From Macrostomum hystrix (taxonomy: Eukaryota > Animalia > Platyhelminthes), in the NCBI GenBank assembly GCA_950097015.1, contig CATNEN010000029.1, forward strand, positions 1,364,001 to 1,428,000: a stretch of DNA of 64,000 bases, in the 5' to 3' direction. The notes beneath the pieces are model-generated. The model searched no databases, was not told where the DNA came from, and saw only the letters and a program-made list of their open reading frames with translations. This document shows, piece after piece, positions 50,731 through 63,364 of the stretch. Position numbers and translations under genes: made by a program. Positions within the stretch are counted from its first letter, which is position 1, and every line of letters begins with the position of its first letter.

Positions 50731-51575
50731 GTGGCTGCTCAACATGAGGATCTGATGAGTGGCTGCTCAACATGATGATTTGAGGAGTGGCTAATCAAGC
50801 TGAGCATTTGAGGAGTGGCTAATCAAGCCGAGGATTTTAGGAGTGGCTGATCAAGCTGAGGATATGAGGAGTGGCTGCTCAACATGAGGATTTGAGGAGT
50901 GGCTGCTCAACATGAGGATTTGAGGAGTGGCTGATCAACATGAGGATTTGAGGAGTGGCTGATCAACATGAGGATTTGAGGAGTGGCTGCTCAACATGAG
51001 GATTTGAGGAGTGGCTGATCAACATGAGGATTTGAGGAGTGGCTGCTCAACATGAGGATTTGAGGAGTGGCTGATCAACATAAGGAGCAGGGTGTTTTGG
51101 GTCTAATAACCTGAGGATCTGAGCGAGTGGCTGCTCAAGCTGAGGATTTGAGGAGTGGCTAATCAAGCTGAGGATTTGAGGAGTGGCTAATCAAGCTGAG
51201 GATTTGAGGAGTGGCTAATCAAGCTGAGGATTTGAGGAGTGCTAATCAAGCTGAGGATTTGAGGAGTGCTAATCAACATGAGGATTTGAGGAGTGGCTAA
51301 TCAACATGAGGATTTGAGGAGGGGCTAATCAACATGAGGATTTGATCGTAGTGGCTGATCAGCCTGAGGATTTGAGGAGTGGCTGATCAACATGAGGATT
51401 TGAGGAGGGGCTAATCAACATGAGGATTTGATCGTAGTGGCTGATCAGCCTGAGGATTTGAGGAGTGGCTGATCAACATGAGGATCTGGTGTTTTGGTTC
51501 TAATTAACCTGAGAATCTGAGCGTGTGGCTGCTTAAGCTAAGGATCTGAGTGAGTAGATGCTCAAGCTGAGAGGT
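50731..51575. repeat. 28-bp related minisatellite (gaggagtggctgatcaacatgaggattt)n with internal higher-order duplications
   Basis: tgagg occurs at 50941 and 50969. The interruption ggtgttttgg..taa..aacctgag occurs at about 51091 and 51489. Confidence 0.9.
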
Positions 51576-52009
51576 AATTCTGAAATGCAGGATCTTACAA
51601 AGGGCTGCTTAACCTGAGCGCAACATACAGCCTAAATATATATTAAAAAAAACTCGAAATCACAAAGTCAGTGGAACACGCAGACATGGCCCGTGTCATG
51701 TTAATAAAGGACAGATGAAGACAGTCTCAGGTAATCTATTAATTGCAACAAAAGCTTTGACTACATATATACGACCCCCAGCTAGGCCTAAGTTTCGGTC
51801 TGCGTCTGTTGCTTCCGCTATAAGGGCTCTTATTCAGCCGACATACAATTAAACTAATGTAACAGGCCAATGAACTTCAACGCAGCTTGTAAAAGTACAA
51901 TGGAAAATCGCTTTCCATTTTAAATACCAAAGCTGCGAAGAGTTAGATTTTTTTTATTTTAAAAAACCTAGCATTTTAAATTTCCAATAAATGAGTATTT
52001 TAAATACTT

Positions 52010-54690
52010 CACTGCTCAACCTGAGGATTTGAGAGTGACTGCTCAAGCTGAGGATTTGAGAGTGACTGCTCAACCTGAGGATTTGAGAGTGACTGCTCAA
52101 CCTGAGGATTTGAGAGGGACTGCTCAACCTGAGGATTTGAGAGGGACTGCTCAAGCTGAGGATTTGAGAGGGACTGCTCAAGCTGAGGATTTGAGAGTGA
52201 CTGCTCAACCTGAGGATTTGAGAGTGACTGCTCAACCTGAGGATTTGAGAGGGACTGCTCAACCTGAGGATTTGAGAGGGACTGCTCAAGCTGAGGATTT
52301 GAGAGGGACTGCTCAAGCTGAGGATTTCAGAGGGACTGCTCAACCTGAGGATTTGAGAGGGACTGCTCAACCTGAGGATTTGAGAGTGACTGCTCAAGCT
52401 GAGGATTTGAGAGTGACTGCTCAACCTGAGGATTTGAGAGGGACTGCTCAACCTGAGGATTTGAGAGTGACTGCTCAAGCTGAGGATTTGAGAGGGACTA
52501 ATCAACCTGAGGATTTGAGAGGGACTAATCAACCTGAGGATTTGAGAGTGACTGCTCAAGCTGAGGATTTGAGAGGGACTGCTCAATCTGAGGATTTGAG
52601 AGGGACTAATCAACCTGAGGATTTGAGAGTGACTGCTCAAGCTGAGGATTTGAGAGGGACTAATCAACCTGAGGATTTGAGAGTGACTGCTCAAGCTGAG
52701 GATTTGAGAGGGACTAATCAACCTGAGGATTTGAGAGGGACTGCTCAAGCTGAGGATTTGAGAGTGACTGCTCAAGCTGAGGATTTGAGAGGGACTGCTC
52801 AACCTGAGGATTTGAGAGGGACTAATCAACCTGAGGATTTGAGAGTGACTGCTCAACATGAGGATTTGAGAGGGACTAATCAACCTGAGGATTTGAGAGG
52901 GACTGCTCAAGCTGAGGATTTGAGAGGGACTAATCAACCTGAGGATTTGAGAGGGACTGCTCAACCTGAGGATTTGAGAGGGACTAATCAACCTGAGGAT
53001 TTGAGAGGGACTAATCAACCTGAGGATTTGAGAGGGACTGCTCAACCTGAGGATTTGAGAGGGACTAATCAACCTGAGGATTTGAGAGTGACTGCTCAAG
53101 CTGAGGATTTGAGAGGGACTAATCAACCTGAGGATTTGAGAGGGACTAATCAACCTGAGGATTTGAGAGGGACTGCTCAAGCTGAGGATTTGAGAGGGAC
53201 TAATCAACCTGAGGATTTGAGAGGGACTGCTCAACCTGAGGATTTGAGAGGGACTAATCAACCTGAGGATTTGAGAGGGACTAATCAACCTGAGGATTTG
53301 AGAGGGACTAATCAACCTGAGGATTTGAGAGGGACTGCTCAAGCTGAGGATTTGAGAGGGACTAATCAACCTGAGGATTTGAGAGGGACTAATCAACCTG
53401 AGGATTTGAGAGTGACTGCTCAAGCTGAGGATTTGAGAGTGACTGCTCAACATGAGGATTTGAGAGGGACTAATCAACCTGAGGATTTGAGAGGGACTGC
53501 TCAAGCTGAGGATTTGAGAGGGACTAATCAACCTGAGGATTTGAGAGGGACTGCTGAACCTGAGGATTTGAGAGTGACTAATCAACCTGAGGATTTGAGA
53601 GGGACTAATCAACCTGAGGATTTGAGAGGGACTGCTCAAGCTGAGGATTTGAGAGGGACTAATCAACCTGAGGATTTGAGAGGGACTGCTCAACCTGAGG
53701 ATTTGAGAGTGACTGCTCAACCTGAGGATTTGAGAGGGACTAATCAACCTGAGGATTTGAGAGGGACTAATCAACCTGAGGATTTGAGAGGGACTGCTCA
53801 ACCTGAGGATTTGAGAGTGACTAATCAACCTGAGGATTTGAGAGGGACTAATCAACCTGAGGATTTGAGAGGGACTGCTCAACCTGAGGATTTGAGAGGG
53901 ACTAATCAACCTGAGGATTTGAGAGGGACTAATCAACCTGAGGATTTGAGAGGGACTGCTCAAGCTGAGGATTTGAGAGGGACTAATCAACCTGAGGATT
54001 TGAGAGGGACTAATCAACCTGAGGATTTGAGAGGGACTAATCAACCTGAGGATTTGAGAGGGACTGCTCAAGCTGAGGATTTGAGAGGGACTAATCAACC
54101 TGAGGATTTGAGAGGGACTGCTCAAGCTGAGGATTTGAGAGGGACTAATCAACCTGAGGATTTGAGAGGGACTGCTCAACCTGAGGATTTGAGAGTGACT
54201 GCTCAACCTGAGGATTTGAGAGGGACTAATCAACCTGAGGATTTGAGAGGGACTAATCAACCTGAGGATTTGAGAGGGACTGCTCAAGCTGAGGATTTGA
54301 GAGGGACTAATCAACCTGAGGATTTGAGAGGGACTAATCAACCTGAGGATTTGAGAGGGACTAATCAACCTGAGGATTTGAGAGGGACTGCTCAACCTGA
54401 GGATTTGAGAGGGACTGCTCAAGCTGAGGATTTGAGAGGGACTGCTCAACCGGAGGATTTGAGAGTGACTGCTCAACCTGAGGATTTGAGAGGGACTAAT
54501 CAACCTGAGGATTTGAGAGGGACTAATCAACCTGAGGATTTGAGAGGGACTGCTCAACCTGAGGATTTGAGAGGGACTGCTCAACCTGAGGATTTGAGAG
54601 GGACTGCTCAACCTGAGGATTTGAGAGGGACTAATCAACCTGAGGATTTGAGAGGGACTGCTCAACCTGAGGATTTGAGAGTGACTGGAT
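52010..54690. repeat. 27-bp related minisatellite (gaggatttgagagggactgctcaacct)n, ~99 copies
   Basis: ctgagg occurs at 52021 and 52048, and so on. It is open in one + and one - frame only because the unit lacks stops there. Confidence 0.96.
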
Positions 54691-55488
54691 CTGGGATATT
54701 TTACAACAAGACTCGGGTCTGGTAAACTGAATAACTGGCGGCAATAACAGATTTGTATACTCGTATGCGTAGCGAAAAAAGTGACACTGTCATTGTTAGT
54801 AAGACAGTCTAAAATCGAATGTATAGTCGACGCACAGTCAAGATTTTTTTGCAACCGGAGGCAATGTTAGAGATGATTTTTAGTTTATAAATAAAGCCTT
54901 CATGTCGTCGGCCTGGTATTGTCTATTTCGTATTGTTTTTTATGGTAGTGCGGGTATGGGCCGGGACACTGGCCTTTTGAAGCAGATTATATATAGAAGA
55001 ATTAGACACTAAAAAGCATTGAGTCAACTATAGACTGAACCAGACAATAGGCTGGAGCTGGGTTTACATTAAACATGCTTAGCTACTGAACAAAAATGAA
55101 ATTAGCATGGATTGATAATCTAGCGTTTACTATGCCATTGTTATGAATGGCTGGATAATATAACGCAAACCCGGTTTTTATAAATAATAGAAACTCAATA
55201 TAAGAAACGAACGAACTGGTTTATTATTTGCTGCTTATGAGACTACTGCCAGTAGAGTTGCAAGGACATTGTTTGAATATTATAAGAGGTTTACGGTAGA
55301 ACTTGTTGGAGAAGTTTTAGTGGTTACTTTGTTTTAGAACAACTGGGATGAGCAACAGTTAATCCGAAGATTGATAATCATTAGATTAACAGGGACCGCA
55401 GCAGCATAGGCATTGGTTGATGAAAAAGAAATAGATTAGTCATTTTTTGTCCTTATTCTCCAACACCGAATCTTTCATTTCCAGCTAT

Positions 55489-57799
55489 TCAACTCTCGTC
55501 CATCTTCTCCAAGCCCGAATTGGCGTCCCGCTTCTCGCCGCCCTCGCCCGCTGTGGCAGCGTCGGCGGCCATATCGACATCGGCCGACGGCTTGGACTGC
55601 TCCTGCTGCTGCTGCAGGGCGCGAAGGAATGCCTCGGCGTTGCCCTCGTTGGCGGCCTGCACGGCGGCCTCGCCGACGCTGAACTGGGCCACCAGGGGTC
55701 CCAATTCGCCGGTGCGCAGGGCGGCGGCGAAAGCTGACACACACTGGCGAAATTGAGGCGACTGAACCGAGCGGCGGAGTTCGTCTAGGCTGCGCGGCAG
55801 ATCGGCGCTCTCTGGCAGGTAGGGGATTAGGCGGCTCTGCAGCTCGGGATCAGCCAGCAACGGCAGCAGGGCCTCCGTAGGCAGGGCGTCGTTCAAGTCA
55901 AACTGGGCGCCAACACCTCCAGAGGCTGCGGCGGCGGCGCCGCCGGCGCTTTCTGGCGCCTGAAGCGATGTGAGAATCGTTTGCAGATCGCTCAGCTGAA
56001 TGCGACCGGCGGCTGTGGAAGCGGCCGAGCGCTGCTGCTGGGCATCCCGGCCGCTTGAGCCGATGGAAGTGGCCGCAGCTGCTGTGGCCGGCCGTTCAAT
56101 CATTGGCTGACGGACACCGGAGGCGGCAGAACCAGTTCCCCCGCTGCTGCCACCCGTGTGCCGAACACCAGGCGAGCTGTGCACCTGTTTGGTAAAGCAA
56201 AGCAAATCTGTGTTGAAACTGAGTTTGACACACAAACGAAATTCCAATAGGGATCGGCACCGGACTCACCCGACTAGGCACAGATGAGCTAGTGGGCGCT
56301 TCAGAGGCCGCATCTGAAGCGGTGGAGCCGGCCCCAGTTGAAGCGGGCCGGATTAAGCCAGACGGACTGAGGCCCATCTGCATGCCCATCTGTAGCAGCT
56401 GCATCAGCTCGTTCTGCGAGATGTTGCCAAACATGCTGCTTAACTCCGATTCGCCAAGGCCGCTCAGAGCCGAGCTCAGGCTGCCGGAGCCGCCGCCGCC
56501 CGCGCCGAGGCCGCCGCCAGCTGACGCTCCGCCGCCTACACGACCAGTGCCCGGCTGGGGCGGATTGTTCAACGAGTCGTTGACCTTCTTGCACAGATCG
56601 GCATCCTTATCCTCTTTGGGCTCCTGAATGTTATTTTTAGGCGGTGTTCATATGTGCGTACATTTTCGCTATTAAATATAGGTCATCTAAAGTCAAACAA
56701 CCTTGCCATTGTTGTCCACCTGTGTAAAAAATATCTACCAACTTTGTCTACCTTTTACTCTTTAACAACATTATCAACCTCTCTAATGTCTACTAACTTT
56801 GAGTACCTTAATAATAATAATAATTGCAGGAGGGCTGCGGGCAGTGGCACATCATTTAGTGACACTAGACCCGCAGCCAGCGAGGAGGCAATTCTGCCCA
56901 TTTCGCTGACTCCTGAGCACACATGCAGACAGATACCGTACGCAGGCATACGCTCACACAGGTGTGTACATCTGCCCTGACTTTCTCATCGTTAGGCAGT
57001 GTACACGTCACTGTGCCTTGGAGGTTGGCACTCAAGGGCGTAAATTGCACGACAAGCCCCCAAGCCTTCTCTCCGCGGCTGCGCCCCAAATAAATGTGGC
57101 CTCGCCGTGGAATCGAACTTAGGGACCTTGGTGCGAGAGGCAAACGCGTTAACCGCTCTGCCACCGACCCCCTTTGAGTACCTTTTCAGTCTAACATTTT
57201 GTGCCTCTCTAATGTCGAAAAACTTTGTCTACCTTCCCGCACCAAGCAATCGACCCTTTCTACTTTATTAATCTTCTCTTATTGAAAACTTGCCTAAATC
57301 TAGTTTGTCTACCTAGCTCGTATAAACATACCTAAATGTCTAGATTATTTGCAGATGTACTTTACTGGTCAACCTTTTTATTTGCACTGATATCTACAAC
57401 TCCAATCCCTTTCAATGACTCAAATGTTAAAGTGTGCAGTAGTCTTAGTTAAATAAAGAGCAATCAGCTTATCCAGACCTGCATCCAGAAGAAGTGCTTC
57501 TTGCTACTGGACTTAAACTTCAACAAGTAGACTCGTCCAGTGGTGCACTGCGGTACACGTTTGAATTCGCAATCGTCAGGAAAGATGATGAGGTCGTCTT
57601 CAACTACACCGCTGGTGCGATCCTTCCAGCAAAAGTGCATCAGACTGTCCTCGCCCTGGTGAACGTAGACCATGCCCTTCTTGTTGCTGGGCCTAACCCA
57701 ACCGTCCTGCAGTGTCATCTTGCCGGCTTTGAATTCAACCAGGTAGCGAGAAGCGCTGGCTACCGCACCGCCGGATCCCGCGAATAGTGCGTGCGACAT
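55489..57799 (-). CDS. ADRM1: Proteasomal ubiquitin receptor ADRM1/Rpn13, 3 exons, ~456 aa
   Basis: Exons 57799-57479, 56623-56270 and 56184-55489 (all phase 0, GT-AG). Pru domain: [10 protein letters not shown]...[70 protein letters not shown]. Also [19 protein letters not shown], and a DEUBAD/UCH37-binding region [27 protein letters not shown]. Confidence 0.97.
56810..57171 (-). mobile_element. Full-length tRNA-derived SINE (~360 bp) with (TTA)n tail and 13-bp TSD, antisense-independent insertion in ADRM1 intron 1 (same strand as gene)
   Basis: The head ggggtcggtggcagagcggttaacgcg...gttcgattcc carries A and B boxes. The tail is attattattattatta. Flanking duplication ctttgagtacctt lies at 56797-56809 and 57172-57184. 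Confidence 0.9.
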
Positions 57800-59442
57800 G
57801 GCTGATGCAGATTGGGGCTGGCGTGGAGTCCTCTGCAAAATATTTATAAACCGTATCCATATATAATCCATATAACTATCGTATGATTTAAAAGATAGTC
57901 AGTAAACACTTTCTAGTGACATTAATATAGTTTTGTGTGATGTAACAAAACAAAATAACTATGAAGCCGGTGTTATACAAAACATACTAAAATCCAAGTA
58001 TACCAAAGAAAATAGGAATAATGAGAGCAATAGTTGGTTTGGAAATACAACTTGTATTTGGTATTTTTATTATTAGTTTTTAGTGCAACAAAAACTATGA
58101 AGGGTGTCAAAGATATCTTCGAGATGTACATTTTTCACGTGAGTACATTTTGAGCAGCCTATAGTGCGCTGGCTGTTATGGTCCGGAAACTTATTGAACG
58201 CCCCTCGTTCAAGATACTCCATAAATATCTTTCCATTTTCTAGGCTGGCCCAATTTTATTACAGTTTTTTACTTGGAATCGAATCTACTAGTTAAGATTT
58301 ATTGTCAAAAAGTTATTATAAAATAAAGTTTAAACAAACAGCCACTGATCTCAAACTATGTACATATTGTTACAGTTACACAAGCTTTAAAACTATTTCA
58401 ATGGCTGATGCTGCAATCAGCAACAAATCCATGAAACAATGGTTTGCTGCAAGCATTTTCCTGCCTAAAAGACCTGTCACTCATTATGTATAACTGTCAA
58501 GAGCAGCAGAAGCTTTATCCACAAAGCCATCAGCACATCTCATGCAGTAGGTAGCAGCTGATTGGGCAATTAAATTGCAGATGAACTTTCTAGACTAACA
58601 GTGCTAACTTTAAGGCAAAATGAATCTGATTTGACAATTTGACAATTGAAACAATTAGCTTTTAACTACTCTGTTGCAGTGGGGCAGTAAAACAGTATTA
58701 GCAACACCTATGTATAAGTCTATCAATATGGTTCTATAGCACCTATAATAGATAGAGAAATGCTCAAACAAAAAACTTAATTTAAGTACATCTTTTCATA
58801 GTCAAAAACATCAATAAAATTGGTGCTAAAAAGCAAGAGCTGTGTTAAAAAAGGGATATGACTTTTGAAACACCACTCAAGTAATTGAGTGGTGTGGTAA
58901 TTGGGTATAGACAATGGACCTGTATGGTCTATTGTTCTGTTCAGTATATAAAGTTAATGTTTGAACTGAATACTGAAACAATGCCAATACTAATGCTGAA
59001 AATTCAGAAATACCACAATGGTAAAATATCAAAAACTTGATAATTTCTAACCTCTAAAATTAGCCTCTGAGAATTCAAAGCAAAAGTAGTAGGTATATAA
59101 AGTGGTATAATGATTCTTAGAAAGCTGAAATGTCTTACTTCAAAACTATAAATAAAAAATAAAAAGTATTAAAACACAATAAAATAAGGAACAATGATGC
59201 ATTCTCATTTTTAATAAAATAATATCTAGAACTCTTTGCATTGAACTGTTTGAACCATTATGCAGTAATGAGAGGGATTTTCTGTTAGTCATTTCTGATA
59301 CTATACTATTAAAAACTGGTTAAAAAAACACAAAATGTTAATGTTTCTTGTTCATTTATATAAGAAATTTTATACTTTAACTGTGTGTATGTTTTAAAAA
59401 ATGGTAAATATTTCTGGCAACAAAGGTCTTAGTTAAAACCTA

Positions 59443-60741
59443 GGCAATGTTCTACTTCCGCTCATTATATTATTTTTTTGTTTGTAAACAACAGATAATG
59501 ACAAAATAAACAAGTTTAGTGGTAACAAAAAGTCAGTAGTTTGGTCAGACAGTCCTGAAAAGTCTTGGTCAGTCTTTCTTCTTTCAAACCGGGTAATAGT
59601 GCCTAATCCAGTAGAGGAGGGCACCAAAGCTATTCTTGGGGTATAGATTGTGCCATAAGAATTCTTCAAGGTGGCTTTTGAATAGAGCAGCACTTGTGCC
59701 ATGCATTTGACGCAGCTTGGCCTTCACATGGGCCCAGGTGCCCTCAATGGTACTCATATGGAGCATCGGATTGGGCGGGTCCACAAAGTGGAGCCTGTGG
59801 TTGACAAATGTGTGGTTCCGCAAGCCGGCGTATGAGAGCCACCCATTGGTCCCTGGCAGGATGTAGCACTGCAGAATGGGCATCAATGTAGCAGCTGACC
59901 TGTCCTTGACGATGGCCGTCATACAGTTACCAGTTCCTTGCTCGACCATTCCTAGCACCCAATGGCCTTCCCTCCAGGCTCCACTGTGATATTTTTAATG
60001 CATGAATTTCAACTCGTCGACCTCAACAATGATGCCTGGGCTACCAAGCTGGATAGGATGGTCAAGGAGAAATTGCTTGCAAATGTCACACAGAAATTGC
60101 TGCCAGTCAACCAGTTTGGCGGGACAGGTCACACTGTTCTCAAATGGTGGTTGATGGCTGTCCAATTGCCCAGTAATAGGCCAGCTCAACCAGCTGGGAC
60201 AGGGTGCAATGGGACCCTTCCCAGAATGACCCTTTCTGCACTGACACTTGGGCACTTGCAGTTGCGGCAACCCCAGGCACACCCATCCATAAAGCGGTCC
60301 CCATCTTGATGTTGCAGCTACTGCAGTACACTGTGTTGGCAAGTAGCCTATACTTAATAAGCCAGTGCAAGGTTGCCTGGACGTCTGTGGTAGCCGCACA
60401 CATGTCCAGGATGTTAAAACTTTCCAAAGTCAGGTTCAGCAGCTCCAAAGCATTCAGTATTCCATTTGGCGGCATAAATGCAGATGGGGCTACAGATTGT
60501 CCAGCCATAGTTAAGGCAAAGAATTATTTATTTGAATGCAAGGTCTTGCAAAATCTTCAGCTATAGAATTTCTGTGCTTTAGCTTCCTGTTCCCCCATAT
60601 TTGCCAGATTTTGCCATAGACATAGATCCAAGTGTCAAGTCACAGCAAAGCCATGTCAGCACAACTTTTTCAAACTCAGAATGCATGTGTGGCACGAATT
60701 CAAATGAAAAAAATTAAAACAAATAGAAGTAGAACATTGGC
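59443..60741 (-). mobile_element. Merlin-superfamily (IS1595/ISXO2-like DDE) DNA transposon with disabled transposase
   Basis: Fragments: TLHWLIKYRLLANTVYCSSC; QLGSPGIIVEVDELKFMH*KYHSG; WVLGMVEQGTGNCMTAIVKDRSAATLMPILQCYILPGT; VNHRLHFVDP; TIEGTWAHVK. TIRs are ggcaatgttctacttc (59443) and gaagtagaacattggc (ending 60741). Flanks are aaaaccta at 59435-59442 and 60743-60750. Confidence 0.88.
59584..60508 (-). pseudogene. Merlin transposase pseudogene
   Basis: Coding is split over track ORFs 60140-60508, 59995-60399 and 59584-59958. There is a frameshift after the N-terminal CxxC, a TAA at 59997-59995, and a deletion of the segment that should carry the second catalytic Asp (PGT-NGWLSY instead of PGTxIxSDxW). 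Confidence 0.85.
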
Positions 60742-61582
60742 AAAAACCTATTTATACTAATAGGCTTTAGGCCTAGTTGAAAAATTATTGAAACATTTTT
60801 AGATTAGGCCTACATGCAATGCCAAATGAAAGATAAAGGTTTTAAATGCTTACTCTATTCATATTGCTATCAATCAAGGACAGAACACCTCTTAATATAA
60901 ATAGTTTTTAATGCTTATTCCATTAGGCCAATAAGTTTTCAAAAAATGTTTTACTTGAATGTAGGCCTAGTGTAATTTTGTGAATAGCTAACACTTAATA
61001 ATATTTATTACATTAAAATAAAAAAAAATATTTTTTTTAAACTAGAGACTTGGCAACCTGTGTTATATAAAAAAATTATATGCTAACAAAGTCAAAGATT
61101 TAGCAAATAGCTGCATAAATAACATATCATAAGTAACATGATAACAAAAAACTTAAATAATATACTAATAAGTACAGCTGTTTAAAGATAGTTGGCATAT
61201 CTATAGTTTCTCAATTTGAACTTGTGCAAACTTTTACCATGTCAGTGAGGCTTGAAAAATTTTATAAGCATCAAAAACTTGCCTAGGCCTATAGCCTTTA
61301 GGTAAAGACTGCATAATAGGCCTATAATATGATAGGGGCCTAATTGTTGCTAATTGTGTATTGTGTGTTAAGCTGATGAGCTGTTAGTATAATTTATAGC
61401 TTTTAAATTTGTAAAATGGCCTAAGGACAAGGACCAACTGGGACCAAGGGCCAATATGTTTGTTCTGCCTATTGGAGAACTCTGTAATCCATAGGCCCCC
61501 TAATGAAGCACATGACTGAAATAGGATCACAGTCTGTGAGTGAAAATGATAAGTCCATGTTATGAGATAGCTATCTTCAAAA

Positions 61583-61871
61583 CATACATGCGCAACACCC
61601 AGCCGACCCGGCCGAACTGGCCGGGTGAAACGAGGGCCAAGCAAGGTAAGTCGCAAAAACCAATTGACCAAGCGCAAAAAAATCAAAGGGGGGACCAAGG
61701 GACAAAAAAGGAAGGCGTGAAGAAAAGGAAAAAGGGGAGAGAAAAAGAGAGCAAATGAGAGCAAACTAAGTCATAAATAGAGCAATGAAATGAACTAGGC
61801 CCCTAAGTCGCAAATGAGAGCAAAAACTAAGTCGCATGGCCGGCTAAGATTTGGGAGGTTGCGCATGTATG
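61583..61871. mobile_element. Small MITE (~290 bp) with 14-bp TIR catacatgcgcaac and target duplication
   Basis: catacatgcgcaac at 61583 pairs with gttgcgcatgtatg ending at 61871. tcttcaaaa lies on both flanks (61574-61582, 61872-61880). Confidence 0.8.
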
Positions 61872-62167
61872 TCTTCAAAAGACCTTCAAGATTCAATATC
61901 TTTAAGACCAATAGATTCGGCCATTCTTCTATGAATCAGTCAGGCTTCAATTAAAGTTTTACCCACCCACTGGGCACTGGCCACTCACAGACTCAGAGCC
62001 TCTGAGCCACATTGACGTCTGTTTTGGACAAATACAATTAAATTGTGATCTAAATAGCCTCAGATATCACAACTTTATGTTTTCAAAATTCTTCGTAACT
62101 CGTAATGTTAATTAGAGACAAAGTTGCAACACCTCCACAATCAGTAACATTCCACAACATTCATAAT

Positions 62168-62518
62168 TGACGTTAGGCCCTAGCGACATTTTACCGCACT
62201 GTTTATAATGCTAAAAAACCGCCTTTTTAACAAACCTTATTATGCGGTGGACTATGTGGAATTTACCGCACTGTTTAAATAACCTTGTGCTTTTCTAGCA
62301 CCATCTCGCAGTCATTATTGGTAGGCAGGCTCTTCATTGCGATGGTAATGCTGAAGGGGCAATCCTTCACTTCGGCACATTTCATTCGCCTGAAAGCGTG
62401 AAATGAGGTTATTTAAACAATGCGGTAAAAACCGCTAACTACACCGCAGGGTAATGTGTTTATTACTATGCGGTAAAGTTAGCGGTTTTTAAAGCGTGGT
62501 AAAATGTCGCTAACGTCA
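62168..62518. mobile_element. Inverted-repeat (MITE-like) element, ~350 bp
   Basis: tgacgttag[gccctag]cgacattttaccgc pairs with gcgtggtaaaatgtcgctaacgtca. Multiple internal accgca/tgcggt motifs are present. No clear TSD. Confidence 0.6.
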
Positions 62519-63364
62519 AAATTGCCGAGTAATGAATTCAGAACGCCCGCACAAACGTTTTTAAAGCATACAATTTTATACAGTTTGTATATTTTACCAC
62601 GGTTATTTTCCATTCAGTTTTGCTTTTATTTTTATCCATACCCCTCAATGTATTGGCATTATATATTTATTTCGGTTGGATTTGTTTTAGTACGCTTCGC
62701 AGTTGTTATATAAAAATTGCACACATTTTGTCATCGGGAAATGTACTGCAGACAAATATACGCGAGTGCATACAAAGAACTAGAATTAGGCTAAAGCCGA
62801 ATAGATTGACAAATTCAACAGGCTATCCTAATTTTTATGCCTTGGGATGTTTATACAATACGTATATTAAAAAATTGTCCCGCGCACAGGCAGCTACTTT
62901 TCAGTTTTCAGTTTTCGCAGAAAGTAGCTGCTTGTATCAAAATACATCGTTAATTGCATCCAGTAATCATTATTAGTATGTTGCCTAATGAATTCATTTA
63001 TCTATATTAATTGATATGTAATTGCATACATTGTAGAAATGCGATTCATTACATCATCAGCTGATCGGTGTATACTCGTACTCTACCAAAAATTAAAGCC
63101 CTATAAGCGTCACTACGTACCATAAACTATTTATAAAGCGAAACATGTAGTTTCGCTCACACGTATCGAGTCAGGTCACGCGATCAAGTTATTTTTAAAT
63201 GTGCCTTTAATTTCCGGCCATATTGAATTTTTAACAATTACAAATATCTGCATGGATCGTATTAAGTACGAGGCCAGGAATTGTGTTTAACACGTGTTTA
63301 GGGTGCCACCCCAACCCCACCGATAAATTCCTACTCCAGCGATAAATGCTCTGCTAGTAATAAT

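Noticed and set aside
13751-54690. CRISPR-like appearance of the many 19-33-bp arrays
   Set aside because: There are no unique spacers and no cas genes, and the context is eukaryotic; these are head-to-tail minisatellites.
51954-54854. 898-aa (EDLRGTAQP)n and 966-aa (SPSQILRLI)n ORFs
   Set aside because: They come from a 27-bp satellite whose sister arrays have 28- and 29-bp units, which argues against coding selection, and there is no gene context.
57100-57171. tRNA gene
   Set aside because: A and B boxes are present, but the sequence continues into a SINE body with a tail and TSD, so it is a SINE head.
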